A stretch of DNA of 64,000 bases, from the IMG/VR virus record IMGVR_UViG_3300042469_000068, positions 20,508-84,507 of that record; one strand, 5' to 3'. The stretch is from a virus. Lineage: Duplodnaviria; Caudoviricetes. A program made the translations under genes and the position numbers. Shown here one piece after another: positions 37,536 to 46,800 of this stretch. Under the pieces are notes generated by a model. The model saw nothing but the letters and a program-made list of their open reading frames with translations, did not search any database and had not been told where the DNA came from. Each line of letters opens with the position of its first letter. Positions within the stretch are counted from its first letter, which is position 1.

Positions 37536-37609
37536 TCAATCTCACTTTTCTATTGACAAATGCTTGACAGCGTGGTATAAAGGCTATGTCAGCCATCATA
37601 TGAATAACT

Positions 37610-37891
37610 TTAAATGGTAGTTAGAGTCTTAAGTCTCTTAATCTGTCTATCAATCTGTTCTTTACGATTAGGCCATTTGATCATAGGCTTATCAGGATCT
37701 TTAGCTAGATTTTCCAATAGAGGCATAAAGATTTTATTAAGAGCAGTCAGCCTCTGCTTCAGGTCATCTACTTGTTCCTGTAAAGAAGAATACTCTTTGT
37801 TTTCCTCAACAATATCATTCTCATCAGCAAATGTAAATCCGAAGTCATCTTCATCTTCAAGATCAAGGTATATGTTTTTATCGTTTGCCAT
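37610..37891 (-). CDS. hypothetical protein conserved in T4-like phages
   Basis: DFGFTF, PLL.NL.K.P....I.WPNR. Confidence 0.6.
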   Translation of the reverse strand: MANDKNIYLDLEDEDDFGFTFADENDIVEENKEYSSLQEQVDDLKQRLTALNKIFMPLLENLAKDPDKPMIKWPNRKEQIDRQIKRLKTLTTI

Positions 37892-38292
37892 CAGTGTAAG
37901 CTTCCTTTATCATCTTTATTTCCGAGTAATTCTTTAAGCATTTCAAGTTTTTCCTCATATGATTCATCCGATAGAGGATCATCATATTCAATGTTGTCTT
38001 TTGATTCGGAACTCAAGAAGTGTTCAACTGAATTCCAGTAATGATCAACCATTCCTTCAGCGGGTAATGTTTTAAAAAGAACTTCGCTCTTATCTATCTC
38101 GAATATTTGATCTAGAGATATCTTGGAAAATACCCATTGCATAAGAGAGATAGAAAGAAATCCACTCTTGCTTCCTTTCAAGTAAAGTATCTTACAAGGG
38201 TTAATAAGAACCATGGTCTTATCAGTTTCTTGAACTTCCGTTATTAAATCTTCACCGCTTTTTAATCTTAGAAACTGAATCTCTGATTCCAT
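37891..38292 (-). CDS. hypothetical protein (Sm-like fold, uvsW-adjacent)
   Basis: LRLKSGEDLI..V, LINP, C-terminal LH. Confidence 0.6.
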   Translation of the reverse strand: MESEIQFLRLKSGEDLITEVQETDKTMVLINPCKILYLKGSKSGFLSISLMQWVFSKISLDQIFEIDKSEVLFKTLPAEGMVDHYWNSVEHFLSSESKDNIEYDDPLSDESYEEKLEMLKELLGNKDDKGSLH

Positions 38293-38297
38293 TGTTT

Positions 38298-39776
38298 TTA
38301 TCCTTTTAACTCAATCTTATAAATTTTGAAGTTGAACTTCTCTTCCGTATACACCTTAAGACGTTCCGCAAAATGCTTTAGAGTATAGTTCTCATGTTTC
38401 TTGTATCGCATATCATCTGCGATATCAAACAACTGTGCCGATTCTTTTGTATCAGACTTTCTAAGTCCACGGCCAATAGACTGTAGATTTCTTATCCTAG
38501 ACTTAGACGGGCTAGCAAATATAATGTTATGGAGATTTCTAATATTGATTCCAGTGCTAAAAGTACCAAAACTAGCCACAATAATAGCGTTTGTTTCCGA
38601 CTCAACGATCTTACGAACTTCTTCACGTATGTCCACATCTGTTTCACCACTTACAAAGAAAACTTTTCTATCTGATCCGACTTTCTCGGAGATAAGATTA
38701 TGGAGTATTCTTCCGTGCTTGTCAACGTACTGGAATAAGACGAGGGTATTTCCGTCGAGGGATACCGCAAGATTGCTAATGAACCTATTTCGGGACTCAT
38801 TAAGTACCAAGTATTCAATTTCTTGCTGATAGGTGAAAGTCTTACTTGCCTGACAGATTGATTCACCATGTCTGAGAAGAAGGCACTTGATATTGAACTC
38901 AGCCAAGTGCTTTGCATCCATAAGCTCTTTTGTGGTAATAACTTTTCTGACCGATCCAAAAAGGCCTTCAAGTACCAAGCGATGGGTCTTTGTACCGTCA
39001 AGGGTTCCAGTCGTTCCAATTCTGTACTTTGCATTAGAGAGTCCTGTCATAATATCTGTTAGAGATTTGGCCTTAAACTGGTGCGCTTCGTCTCCGATTA
39101 CAAAATCAAACTGCGCGAACCATCGTTTTGGCATCTTGTACAAAGACTGCCAAGTAGAGATGGTCAGGAACTTGTCTGTATCCTTGTCCTGACCCTGATA
39201 AACTTTATGTACGTTTGCAGCAACGTCCCAACCATTCGTTTCACTATACTCTTTAAAGTCGCCTGCTAATTGTTCCACCAAAGAAACAGTAGGAACAATA
39301 ATAAGACCTCTCTTCAACCCTCTATGTTTGAGAAAACGAGATAGAAGATAAATAATAAGAGACTTACCACTTGCAGTGGGGCTAAGAAGTAAAGACCTTC
39401 GTGTACGAATTGCGTGAACAAATGCATCCAACTGATAATCTCTTGGAGCATGTTTCGGCCTTAGTTTCTCTACAAATTCTTTTGCTTCCGCTAATGAAAA
39501 CTCTTCATCAAAGTCTTCATTTTCATAATCCCATTCGTAGTTTCTTTCCTCACAAAACTTAGCTATATACGGCACTAGACCGCGATAGAGTTGTTTCGTT
39601 CGGATATCGAATAAACGTATCTTTCCATCCCAAAGTCGTGCCTTATATTGTGGAGTAAATTGATACCCTGGCACCTGGAATGTAAAATTTTCACGAAGCT
39701 CATATGCTACACCATCTTCACAGACAATGCCAACATAAGCCTCGTTCACGTTTCTAATAATAATTTTACTGTCCAC
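38298..39776 (-). CDS. uvsW: RNA-DNA/DNA helicase UvsW
   Basis: WDGKIRLF, PRDYQ, SPTASGKS, GDEAH, QSIGRGLR. Confidence 0.95.
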   Translation of the reverse strand: MDSKIIIRNVNEAYVGIVCEDGVAYELRENFTFQVPGYQFTPQYKARLWDGKIRLFDIRTKQLYRGLVPYIAKFCEERNYEWDYENEDFDEEFSLAEAKEFVEKLRPKHAPRDYQLDAFVHAIRTRRSLLLSPTASGKSLIIYLLSRFLKHRGLKRGLIIVPTVSLVEQLAGDFKEYSETNGWDVAANVHKVYQGQDKDTDKFLTISTWQSLYKMPKRWFAQFDFVIGDEAHQFKAKSLTDIMTGLSNAKYRIGTTGTLDGTKTHRLVLEGLFGSVRKVITTKELMDAKHLAEFNIKCLLLRHGESICQASKTFTYQQEIEYLVLNESRNRFISNLAVSLDGNTLVLFQYVDKHGRILHNLISEKVGSDRKVFFVSGETDVDIREEVRKIVESETNAIIVASFGTFSTGINIRNLHNIIFASPSKSRIRNLQSIGRGLRKSDTKESAQLFDIADDMRYKKHENYTLKHFAERLKVYTEEKFNFKIYKIELKG

Positions 39777-40215
39777 CTATAAACTTTTCCCAATCCATGA
39801 ATGACTTAAGCTGCCATGTCCTGTTATTAAGTTCTTTCAGGACACTCTTACAGAAGTCTACAATCTCTTCATGCATAACTTTTTTCAGTAGTGTGTTATT
39901 TAGTTCAGTATCAGAATCAAGATAGTGTTGTAAATCGGCTCTGAGTACCTTCTTCATCATCGGTTCCAGACCATACCTTTCAAGGTCTTCTGGATTGTTT
40001 AGATCGCCAGAATAGTATTCCCACTTGATCTTACGCCGTGAATTATAATCGGCTTGTAATTTCTTGGCTAAAAGATTGTGGTGTGTAAGGATACGCAGAT
40101 ACTTGGCGTGAAGCTTTGATATGTTTGCCATGGCCTTCTGCGGTTCAGTTTCATCAAAAGAAACATCTTTGATCCACTCTTCCATAAGCAGTTCTATATT
40201 CACTGGCGGTTTCAT
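39766..40215 (-). CDS. uvsY: recombination mediator UvsY
   Basis: LHAKYL, KWEYYSG, LKELNNRTWQ.K...W.KF. Confidence 0.9.
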   Translation of the reverse strand: MKPPVNIELLMEEWIKDVSFDETEPQKAMANISKLHAKYLRILTHHNLLAKKLQADYNSRRKIKWEYYSGDLNNPEDLERYGLEPMMKKVLRADLQHYLDSDTELNNTLLKKVMHEEIVDFCKSVLKELNNRTWQLKSFMDWEKFIGGQ

Positions 40216-40243
40216 TCTATCTCCATTACAAAAAATGTATATT

Positions 40244-40272
40244 ACTATACTACACTTTTAGGTAAATGTCAA
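40244..40272 (-). promoter_or_regulatory. sigma70-type promoter for the uvsY operon
   Basis: TTGACA-N17-TATAGT. Confidence 0.65.
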
Positions 40273-40791
40273 TTACAATCTTTCAATATCGAAATAATCG
40301 TATCTGATACCAAGATCGGCTGTGATAGTATTATCAGCAGAATCAGCCGTATTGAATGTTATACCGCTAAGACTTACAGGATGACAGTCTTTAAATTTGA
40401 AACGAAGATTAGGCAAATTGGAATTTGTATTGATTGTCAGAATGCCATCGTAGTATATAGACGCTTTAGAATCAAAGTGTTTAATATACTCTTCATGTTT
40501 GGTTGGACGAGCCACACCTCTAAGCCAGTTGTATGTTTCTTGCCATGCTCTTAGGTCTTCATCAACAATAAAAGTGATTCTAAGTTCTTCATATGTCAGT
40601 TTAACACCATGACGAAATGTATCAGAAAATGGACTTGGTACCGATACAGCACCAGTTGATACTCCTGGCATAACAACAGACTGACAAAAGTATTTGGCAA
40701 AAGGAAGATTGGGCACAGTGAAAGTGTACTTAGTTGCCTGTAGCAAACTTGTATTTTCTGGAGTCTTAGTGATGAATGATTCTGTTGTCAT
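40273..40791 (-). CDS. gp3: tail completion / tube terminator gp3-like
   Basis: YFCQSV.MPG, L.ITFIVDEDL, F.F.DC.P.SLSG; late promoter at 40808-40815. Confidence 0.8.
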   Translation of the reverse strand: MTTESFITKTPENTSLLQATKYTFTVPNLPFAKYFCQSVVMPGVSTGAVSVPSPFSDTFRHGVKLTYEELRITFIVDEDLRAWQETYNWLRGVARPTKHEEYIKHFDSKASIYYDGILTINTNSNLPNLRFKFKDCHPVSLSGITFNTADSADNTITADLGIRYDYFDIERL

Positions 40792-40820
40792 TTGATACCT
40801 CTGGTAATATTTATATAAAC

Positions 40821-40845
40821 AAAAAGGGCGGTGTTGCCACCGCCC
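40821..40845 (-). terminator. intrinsic terminator after gp23
   Basis: GGGCGGTG-GCAA-CACCGCCC-TTTTT (GNRA loop). Confidence 0.85.
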
Positions 40846-40872
40846 AAGTTGTTACTGCGTTTCTTCTTATTA

Positions 40873-42246
40873 TTAGGTAAGATTGCGAACGCGGAAGATA
40901 CGGTAGTACTGGTTAGCACGTACTGTATCTGTGATTGAGTCAGAAAGGTCTGAAAGCTGGGCAAGACCCTTAGCGAATGGGTTGGCTACCATTCCGTAAC
41001 GTGTCTTGAAACCAATCTTTGGCTGGAATGTATCCTGACCGATTGCGCGTACCATCTGTAGTGGTACGTATGGGCAGTAGAATAGACCAGCGTCATAAGG
41101 TGAAGTACCCTTATAACCAACTGTACATAGTTCGTCACCGTTTGATGAACCACCGAAGTATGGGTCGATGTAGACCTTAACACGGCCGTGCATTGTACCA
41201 GCGAATGTGTTGCCAGTATCGTCAACTGTTAGGTTAACGTTTAGAGCAGGTGTGTAATCAAGAACACCAGCCATAGCAAGAGCAGAAGCAACATCTGAAG
41301 AAACGATAAGGATATTACCCTTACCACGTCTTGTTGCCTTAGAGATTGCGTTGCATTCACGTTCAATCTGGAATACAAGACCCTTGAACTTTTCAACTGA
41401 CCAACGGCCATTTGAGTCTGTGTCAAGATCGAATGTACCAGCGGTTGTTACACCGTACTGAGCGCCAACAACGGCTGAACGGTAAACAGTTCTTACAACT
41501 TCGCGGTTAATTTCAGCGAGAATTTCTGTTGAAAGAATGTTTGCGAGTTCTGTCTCAGCGTCTAGACCGTGAACAGCCTTAAGATCCTGAGCAAGTTCCA
41601 TTGTGTACTCTGCCTTTAGCGCACGGCTACGAGCAGTTACAGTTACCTTTTCAATGCTGAAGTTCATTTCAGCAAAACCGTTATCAGCAGAATCACCAAG
41701 AGCTTCAGCGTATGATGTTGGCATACCCTTACCAGTTGTGTACTGTGTAGAATCTGATGTGTCAACAACTGGGTTAGTTCCTGTGTGGGAACCAACGATT
41801 GTGCTGGCAATATTTCCTCTTGTATTCTGTGACGAGAAGCTTGTTAGAACTTCATCAAAGAATGTTTCGCTTGAACCGCCTGTGCGGTCATTACCACGGC
41901 GTGAGCGCATAGCAAAGATTAGTCCTGTTGGACCAGTCATTGGCTGAACGCCAGCGATGTCATAAGCCATTAGGTTTGGAAGAGCGCGACGAACCAAACT
42001 GATTAGGATTGGATCGTAACCTGCTACTGGACCACCGGCAGTAGAACCACCACTGTAACCACCTGTGCCAACAGAGTTTACTGGCGCAGCTTCGTTAAGC
42101 ATACGGCCTTCTTCAGCCATAGCCTTTTCCTGATTTTCTAGGACAAGAGCTGTAACTGCACGACGGTAAGAATCCTTGATTGGATTTGCGCCGGCGTGGT
42201 CAAGCACTGGTGCCCACTTCTGTTCTAATTGTTCTGTAAGATACAT
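40873..42246 (-). CDS. gp23: major capsid protein gp23
   Basis: KWAPVLDH, VQPMTGPTGLIFAMR, RALKAEYT.ELAQDLKAVHGLDAE, YCPYVPL, FQPKIGFKTRYG; TATAAATA at 42281-42288. Confidence 0.98.
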   Translation of the reverse strand: MYLTEQLEQKWAPVLDHAGANPIKDSYRRAVTALVLENQEKAMAEEGRMLNEAAPVNSVGTGGYSGGSTAGGPVAGYDPILISLVRRALPNLMAYDIAGVQPMTGPTGLIFAMRSRRGNDRTGGSSETFFDEVLTSFSSQNTRGNIASTIVGSHTGTNPVVDTSDSTQYTTGKGMPTSYAEALGDSADNGFAEMNFSIEKVTVTARSRALKAEYTMELAQDLKAVHGLDAETELANILSTEILAEINREVVRTVYRSAVVGAQYGVTTAGTFDLDTDSNGRWSVEKFKGLVFQIERECNAISKATRRGKGNILIVSSDVASALAMAGVLDYTPALNVNLTVDDTGNTFAGTMHGRVKVYIDPYFGGSSNGDELCTVGYKGTSPYDAGLFYCPYVPLQMVRAIGQDTFQPKIGFKTRYGMVANPFAKGLAQLSDLSDSITDTVRANQYYRIFRVRNLT

Positions 42247-42294
42247 TTTAGTATTCTCCTTTAAAGTCTTACTTTTCTAATATTTATAATTCCG

Positions 42295-43581
42295 TTATCT
42301 TGGTGCTGTCTTACCAAGTGATCTAACATAAGCAGCCATTGGACCGTTTAGTTCTTCTGAGATCATACCTTTACCATCTGTTGATGATTCAGCAGCATCT
42401 AGAACCTTGTCGGACTTAACTGATGATGAGAAATAATTTTCCTTAAGAATAGAAACTTTCTGAGCATATTCGTTTGCGTCAGCGTACTCAATTCCTTCAG
42501 CAAGAGATTTTAACTTCTCTGCCTGTGTATCTGTCAATCCATCACAAGCATTAAGTAAAATTTCATTAGACTTAGATTCGTTGAGCATCTTGCTTAGTGC
42601 TACACTACGCTCAATTTCCTCATTTAGTTTTTCTTCTAGTTCGGCAACCTTGTTACCCATTTCTTCTACAACTGATACTGCTTCCTCAGGAATATCAATG
42701 TAGTGTTCAACGAATAGGTTACGAAGACCAGAGATAAATTCTTCGGTTAGTTCAGAACGGAGACTTGCTTCAATAGCAACTTCGTTTTCTGCTGTCCACT
42801 GTTCAACAACATAGTTAAGATAGTCATCAACATTTGTTGAAAGTTCTTCTTCGATGCGACCAACTTCTTCTTCAAGAGTAGCAGCAAATGCTTCTTCAAG
42901 AACAGCAACTTCTTCTGCGACCTTCTGCTTAACAGCGGCTTCAAAGATAGCTGTAGCCTTAGCACGGAATTCTTCTGAGAGTTCTTCGCCAGCAAGAAGA
43001 GCGTCAACATGCTCGGACATGTCTACTTCGTAATTTTCCATTACGGCTTCTTCTGTTTCTGATTCTGATTCTTCAGTTACGAATTCGAAGTTTTCTTCGA
43101 TTGCGGTGGCAATCTGATCTTCGTCCATACCTTCTTCAAGGCACTTGTTGATGAATGATTCTAGTTCTTCTGATAGTTCAACTTCATCTTCGTTGATTTC
43201 TTCAGCAGCTTCTTCAGCAACAACTTCGGATGTTTCCTCAACATCTTCTTCCATTACTTCAGCTTTCTTCTTCATTGGTTCAGCTGGCTTTGCGCCTTTT
43301 GTAGGTGCAGAATTATCTTTGCCCTTTACAGCGGCAGCAGCACCAAGGTTTGAACCATCAGTGCCGTTTGGTTGAACTACTGGATCAGCAAGCTTTGTAG
43401 CAGAACCAAGTGTCTTTGTTGGATCTACTGACTTTGAACCTGGTTTAAGTGAAGCCATGTTTGGATTTGATGACTTAGCGCCACGGAATGGATCGCCAGC
43501 ACCGTTTGGCTGAACTTCAGGAATGCCTGCGCTTTCCTTCATAAGAACAGCTCTTGCTGCTTCAGTTAATGACTTTGCCAT
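42295..43581 (-). CDS. gp22: prohead core scaffold gp22
   Basis: LSEEF..KA.AIFEAAV, DDYLNYVVEQW..EN; TATAAATA at 43606-43613. Confidence 0.92.
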   Translation of the reverse strand: MAKSLTEAARAVLMKESAGIPEVQPNGAGDPFRGAKSSNPNMASLKPGSKSVDPTKTLGSATKLADPVVQPNGTDGSNLGAAAAVKGKDNSAPTKGAKPAEPMKKKAEVMEEDVEETSEVVAEEAAEEINEDEVELSEELESFINKCLEEGMDEDQIATAIEENFEFVTEESESETEEAVMENYEVDMSEHVDALLAGEELSEEFRAKATAIFEAAVKQKVAEEVAVLEEAFAATLEEEVGRIEEELSTNVDDYLNYVVEQWTAENEVAIEASLRSELTEEFISGLRNLFVEHYIDIPEEAVSVVEEMGNKVAELEEKLNEEIERSVALSKMLNESKSNEILLNACDGLTDTQAEKLKSLAEGIEYADANEYAQKVSILKENYFSSSVKSDKVLDAAESSTDGKGMISEELNGPMAAYVRSLGKTAPR

Positions 43582-43616
43582 ATTAGATTACTCCTTTATT
43601 TCTTTTATTTATAATT

Positions 43617-44261
43617 TTAAAGTTTTGAGATGTAGTTTTCAAAGATTTTTAAAGCAACATCTTCAATATCGTTACTAGAAGCTTCTTTTAGCATTCTTCT
43701 AGCACGCTCTTGATGAACTGCTTTCCAACCTTGATTAGTTAGAATCCATTCCGCATTTTCCATAATACCTTGGACAAATGCGTCTGGAGCTGAGGGATCA
43801 GCAACGATATCGGCCGCTGTAGCCAAATGAAAGTCGTCCTGAACTAGTTGAAAGCCGTTGGCTGGCTTAAGAGACCCTACGCCTCTTGTTGACACACCTA
43901 GACTTGCTCCTCCATCTAATAAACTTTTCACAATTTTACCATTGGGAGTATCTAAGATTTTAGCTTTACCAATAAAGTTATTACCTTCTGGTATTAAGCT
44001 TGTGATCATGTGTGATACACGATCTAAGTTAATCGTCGGAGAATCTGGATGTCCAAGTTCTCCAAAAGCGCGATTCTTCATTACGTAATCTTTGTTATAT
44101 CTATCAACTTCTTTGCTAAGAATATGGCGTGGATATACACGACCATTTCTATTCTGTTTTTCAGCCTGCATAAAGATACCTTCAATGAAGCGTTCTTTTT
44201 TGCCGTTTACTTCTTCTACAATATACTGAACGTTTAAAACTTCTTCTTTAATAAGTTTCAT
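43617..44261 (-). CDS. gp21: prohead protease gp21
   Basis: NRNGRVY, GELGHP, GVSTRGVGS, DIVADPSAPDA. Confidence 0.96.
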   Translation of the reverse strand: MKLIKEEVLNVQYIVEEVNGKKERFIEGIFMQAEKQNRNGRVYPRHILSKEVDRYNKDYVMKNRAFGELGHPDSPTINLDRVSHMITSLIPEGNNFIGKAKILDTPNGKIVKSLLDGGASLGVSTRGVGSLKPANGFQLVQDDFHLATAADIVADPSAPDAFVQGIMENAEWILTNQGWKAVHQERARRMLKEASSNDIEDVALKIFENYISKL

Positions 44262-44263
44262 TT

Positions 44264-44884
44264 TTATAGTCCTAATGATTTTCTTTTTTGTAATGAACGC
44301 TTACGCTTCATCAATGATCTGGAAAGTTTTGCTTTGCGCTTCATTTTACCCTTACGAGCGCCCATTTTTCTACGACGGCGTTCAGCGGCAGACATGCGCT
44401 TTAGTGTTCCACCACGTAGAGTCATTCCAGGAACATTAGATACTCTCTTGCGGCGTTGAATTTTACCGCCACGAATTCTAGCTTTAATAAGATTAATGCG
44501 AGCTTCGTCTAACTCTTCTTCTTTTAAATCTTCTTTTTCAGAATCATTGACAGTTTGTTTCTTTGGCAAATTAGTTTTACCTGAAGCAACTTCTTGATTA
44601 CCACCTAAATTTGTCTTCATAGAGGAGTTAACTGCTTTTTCTTTTCTTATATCTTCAATATCATCCATTTCTGGCTTTTCTTTTGATACATCCATTTCAA
44701 GCACATCCATCTTACGCTTCCGTGCTGTTGGACCTACAATAGGCATCTCTTCGCTCATCTTAGCCGCTACAGCTTTTTTCATCTCGAAAATTTTCTTTTC
44801 CATAATAAGAGGTACTATGGAATTAATTTCGTTTTCTGCTTCAACGAATTTTTGTTCTTTGATTAGACTAACTAGCTTTTTCAT
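44264..44884 (-). CDS. prohead core protein (gp68-like, basic C-terminus)
   Basis: LDEAR...RIRGGKI.R...R...KRKRS..KRKSLGL; position before gp21. Confidence 0.65.
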   Translation of the reverse strand: MKKLVSLIKEQKFVEAENEINSIVPLIMEKKIFEMKKAVAAKMSEEMPIVGPTARKRKMDVLEMDVSKEKPEMDDIEDIRKEKAVNSSMKTNLGGNQEVASGKTNLPKKQTVNDSEKEDLKEEELDEARINLIKARIRGGKIQRRKRVSNVPGMTLRGGTLKRMSAAERRRRKMGARKGKMKRKAKLSRSLMKRKRSLQKRKSLGL

Positions 44885-45384
44885 TATAGTGGTCTTCTAT
44901 TAAAAGCATATGGATCTGCTGTCTGGCCTTGATCATAGTCTTGTCCATCTTTCTTCATATCAATAAAAAGTGTTACTAAATCACCAGATGATAATCCAGT
45001 AGTTGAGATTAGAACATCACCACTTGAGTTTGCTTCTGGATTTGGAATAGTTGCGCCATCACCCATGCTTTGGAAATCATAATCGAATGATCCATTAGAC
45101 ATTGTAACGATTTCAGAGTTAGCATCACCATGCCACTGTAGTTTTAACTTACCGCTAGATGAAGACACTTGCCCAAAAACGCGCTTAATGGTAGTTGTAT
45201 AATTTGCTTTTGTATCGGCGTCTGAAGATGCGATATATCCATTGGTATTCATAGCAAATGCTAATGTTGAAACATTTACTAAAATAGTGTTTGATTGCTG
45301 TGAACCATCGGAAACAACGACATACTTAATCAAAGCTCTCTTGTTACTATCGATAATTTTCTGTTGTCGGATTAAATTTGCCAT
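44884..45384 (-). CDS. hypothetical head-module structural protein
   Basis: Beta-rich ORF in the head operon. Confidence 0.55.
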   Translation of the reverse strand: MANLIRQQKIIDSNKRALIKYVVVSDGSQQSNTILVNVSTLAFAMNTNGYIASSDADTKANYTTTIKRVFGQVSSSSGKLKLQWHGDANSEIVTMSNGSFDYDFQSMGDGATIPNPEANSSGDVLISTTGLSSGDLVTLFIDMKKDGQDYDQGQTADPYAFNRRPL

Positions 45385-45387
45385 CTT

Positions 45388-46608
45388 TTACTGCCTTACT
45401 GCGAACATTAGGACTTTGTTAAACGATGTAGCGTCCTCGTTTAGCATTTGTTCCATTTTCTTTTTGTTTGTTCTGTTGATTGATTCGTATACGGTCAATA
45501 ACTTCTTTGCTACTGTATTATTTATAGTAATTTCGTTTTCATTAAACTGAATTTTTTGCTCTGTGATATTGTTTTCAACAATCGATCTAATGGTATCTAA
45601 TACATTAGATTCCTTAATTGTAGAATTTTTTACAGCAGCTTTAGAAAATGTTGCTTTTGAATTTTTCTTTAATATGTTTGACATTGCTTGTCTAGTTGCT
45701 GCTCCACTCTTTTTACGGATAGGAGTAGAAGTTGATTTTGAAGTCTTCGGAACAGAACTTGAAGTTGGTTTCGGCGATGAACTTTTCGCTGCTTTTTCCG
45801 CTTCGTGCTTCTCACGCGCGACTTTTACTGTATTTTTAACTTTAGCTAATGAATTCTTGGTTCTTTCTGCTCTTGCTTTGTTATAGAAGTGTGAACCAAT
45901 TGCCCCACCAATTGCTCCTGCTGCTCCAGAAACACTGCTACTTTGACCAATCGAAGTTAATATTTTTCCTGCTTTTGATAATTTGGACTGTGGTTTATGA
46001 GCACCTTTACGTTTTATAAAATTAATAGTGTCTCTTATGCCACCAGGCTTAGGTGGATCCTTATCTTTATCTTCTTTTGATTTTGGCTTCACGTAGTATC
46101 TTTTTTTCTTTTTCTTATCATTATTTTTGGCTTCGTTTAAACCAACTTGAATATCGTTGTATGGAATTGTTACATACTTATCCAAAGCCTGTGAGTAATA
46201 CAAAGCAACTTTTTGATTATCAGGGTACACTCTAATAGCCTTTCTTTTTAAGATAAGAACCGATGGCATTTCTTTATCAGTGGGCCAACCAGCCTTATAT
46301 CTTGGATCAAACTTGGAATAGGTATCCATCTTAGCTTCGGATACGTTATGAACATTTTGTCTAACTTTACGATAGACTTGATCATCACTAACAACCTGTG
46401 AGATAAGAGAATCAAGAAGATTGATAAGCATACGCTTTTCTTGAGAAGTAATCTTATCAGCCGACTTATCAAGAGCGCGTTTTAAAGCAGGAAGTTTTTT
46501 GGAATCATACAAACCAGCACGAACAAGAGCAGAAAGTTTACGATCTTCTTTCTCTTCTTTTTCAGTAATTAAATCAAATTGCTCGCGGATTTGTTTGACA
46601 TCCTTCAT
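45388..46608 (-). CDS. hypothetical prohead/internal protein with Lys-rich insert
   Basis: P..LILKRKAIR.YP...VALYYS..L.KY..IPY; several L/I-x-E gp21-type cleavage motifs. Confidence 0.55.
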   Translation of the reverse strand: MKDVKQIREQFDLITEKEEKEDRKLSALVRAGLYDSKKLPALKRALDKSADKITSQEKRMLINLLDSLISQVVSDDQVYRKVRQNVHNVSEAKMDTYSKFDPRYKAGWPTDKEMPSVLILKRKAIRVYPDNQKVALYYSQALDKYVTIPYNDIQVGLNEAKNNDKKKKKRYYVKPKSKEDKDKDPPKPGGIRDTINFIKRKGAHKPQSKLSKAGKILTSIGQSSSVSGAAGAIGGAIGSHFYNKARAERTKNSLAKVKNTVKVAREKHEAEKAAKSSSPKPTSSSVPKTSKSTSTPIRKKSGAATRQAMSNILKKNSKATFSKAAVKNSTIKESNVLDTIRSIVENNITEQKIQFNENEITINNTVAKKLLTVYESINRTNKKKMEQMLNEDATSFNKVLMFAVRQ

Positions 46609-46614
46609 TGTATA

Positions 46615-46770
46615 TTATTCCTTTGTCTTAGCGAAATAACTTTTAGCAATAGCAATCTTTTGCTCTTCTAGCTTCTCAACAGCCTTTGTAGTAAGAGCAG
46701 AAGAAAAGTTCTGACGCATTTCATCTAGATTACCTTCTAGAATGCTGTCTAATGCTTTCTTAATCGACAT
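46615..46770 (-). CDS. prohead core protein gp67-like (51 aa)
   Basis: Manual translation MSIKKALDSILEGNLDEMRQNFSSALTTKAVEKLEEQKIAIAKSYFAKTKE; SD GGAG; syntenic position. Confidence 0.65.
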   Translation of the reverse strand: MSIKKALDSILEGNLDEMRQNFSSALTTKAVEKLEEQKIAIAKSYFAKTKE

Positions 46771-46800
46771 GTTTATTCTCCTAAACGATTGGTATTATAT

